From Eledone cirrhosa (lineage: Eukaryota), in NCBI GenBank assembly GCA_964016885.1, contig OZ024743.1:150908001-150972000 (forward strand): DNA of 64,000 nt, written 5' to 3'. The notes beneath the pieces are model-generated. The model was not told the DNA's origin. It did not search any database and saw only the letters and a program-made list of their open reading frames with translations. A program made the translations under genes and the position numbers. Shown one piece after another: positions 63,345-64,000 of this stretch (positions within the stretch are counted from its first letter, which is position 1; the number at the start of each line of letters is the position of its first letter).

Positions 63345-64000
63345 ATCAAAAACATGGTTGTCTTTCCAAACTTGTATTCAGCATGCAGTCTGGTTCAAAG
63401 TGATGAAACAATATGCAATCCTTTTCCCCTAAATGATAGACCAGCTTCCATGGATGATGAAATGGAGAGCCATAAAGGTGCAATGGATAGGGATGCTGGA
63501 CATTCTACAGATCCAAAATTAGTAACTGAAAATTTAGTGTCAGGAGTATTTGATCAGGAGTATTTAAATGATTTTGTTAGAGACTGTCAGCTGTCTAAAA
63601 AGAAGGTACAATTCCTCACCTCAAGACTGAAGGAAGATAATTTACTTGAACAAAATGTGTGAATGAGTCACTAATGAAAGAGATCTTAATTTGGTAATGT
63701 GCTTTGCAGTAGATGGTTCCCACTGCTGATGCAATGACAACAAAGAACTCTTCACAAACTTATTTCTGATTGATGTAACATCTAACTGCTGTATCTTCAC
63801 TGATTCATCACAAAGATGCTTGAAAGCATAATAAGAAGTTAAAGCCATCCATCCCCATTGTCCACTCTGTCAACTTTAAGAGACACATAACATGTCTATA
63901 TTGCTTGATACCTTTTAATAGTGTATTATTCAATGGAATATCTTTGAAGAACTCAAAGTTACCAACTTGCTCATGAGCTTACATGAAGGATGTACAAAAT
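63345..64000 (+). mobile_element. Degenerate DNA transposase, Chapaev3-like (CMC), running off the window edge
   Basis: VFPNLYSA, LNDFVRDCQLSKKKVQFLTSRLKEDNLL, then PSIPIVHSV and ELKVTNLL across stops. The superfamily label is from recalled motifs. Confidence 0.65.

Overview
AT-rich, CpG-depleted eukaryotic non-coding DNA (intronic or intergenic) with no intact host CDS that I can support. The repeats resemble, from memory, octopod cephalopod repeats. These include a young ~190-bp tRNA-derived SINE, RTE-tailed SINEs ending in (GAT)n, several RTE-clade LINE families, CR1-like, R4/Dong and CRE fragments, a Penelope-like element (PLE) with RT and GIY-YIG, mariner, Chapaev3-like and MITE remnants, and many microsatellites. 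The most notable signals are three. (1) A ~1-kb non-coding foldback element at 41537-42588 between (TA)n tracts carries two identical, core-intact type I hammerhead ribozymes on opposite strands. (2) A hammerhead with a variant CAGAAGA core and a bulged, extended stem I lies at the 3' end of the PLE (22765-22840). (3) At least five long inverted-repeat structures of different origin occur in 64 kb. All calls were made by eye. Ends of old elements are approximate, and family names need database confirmation.
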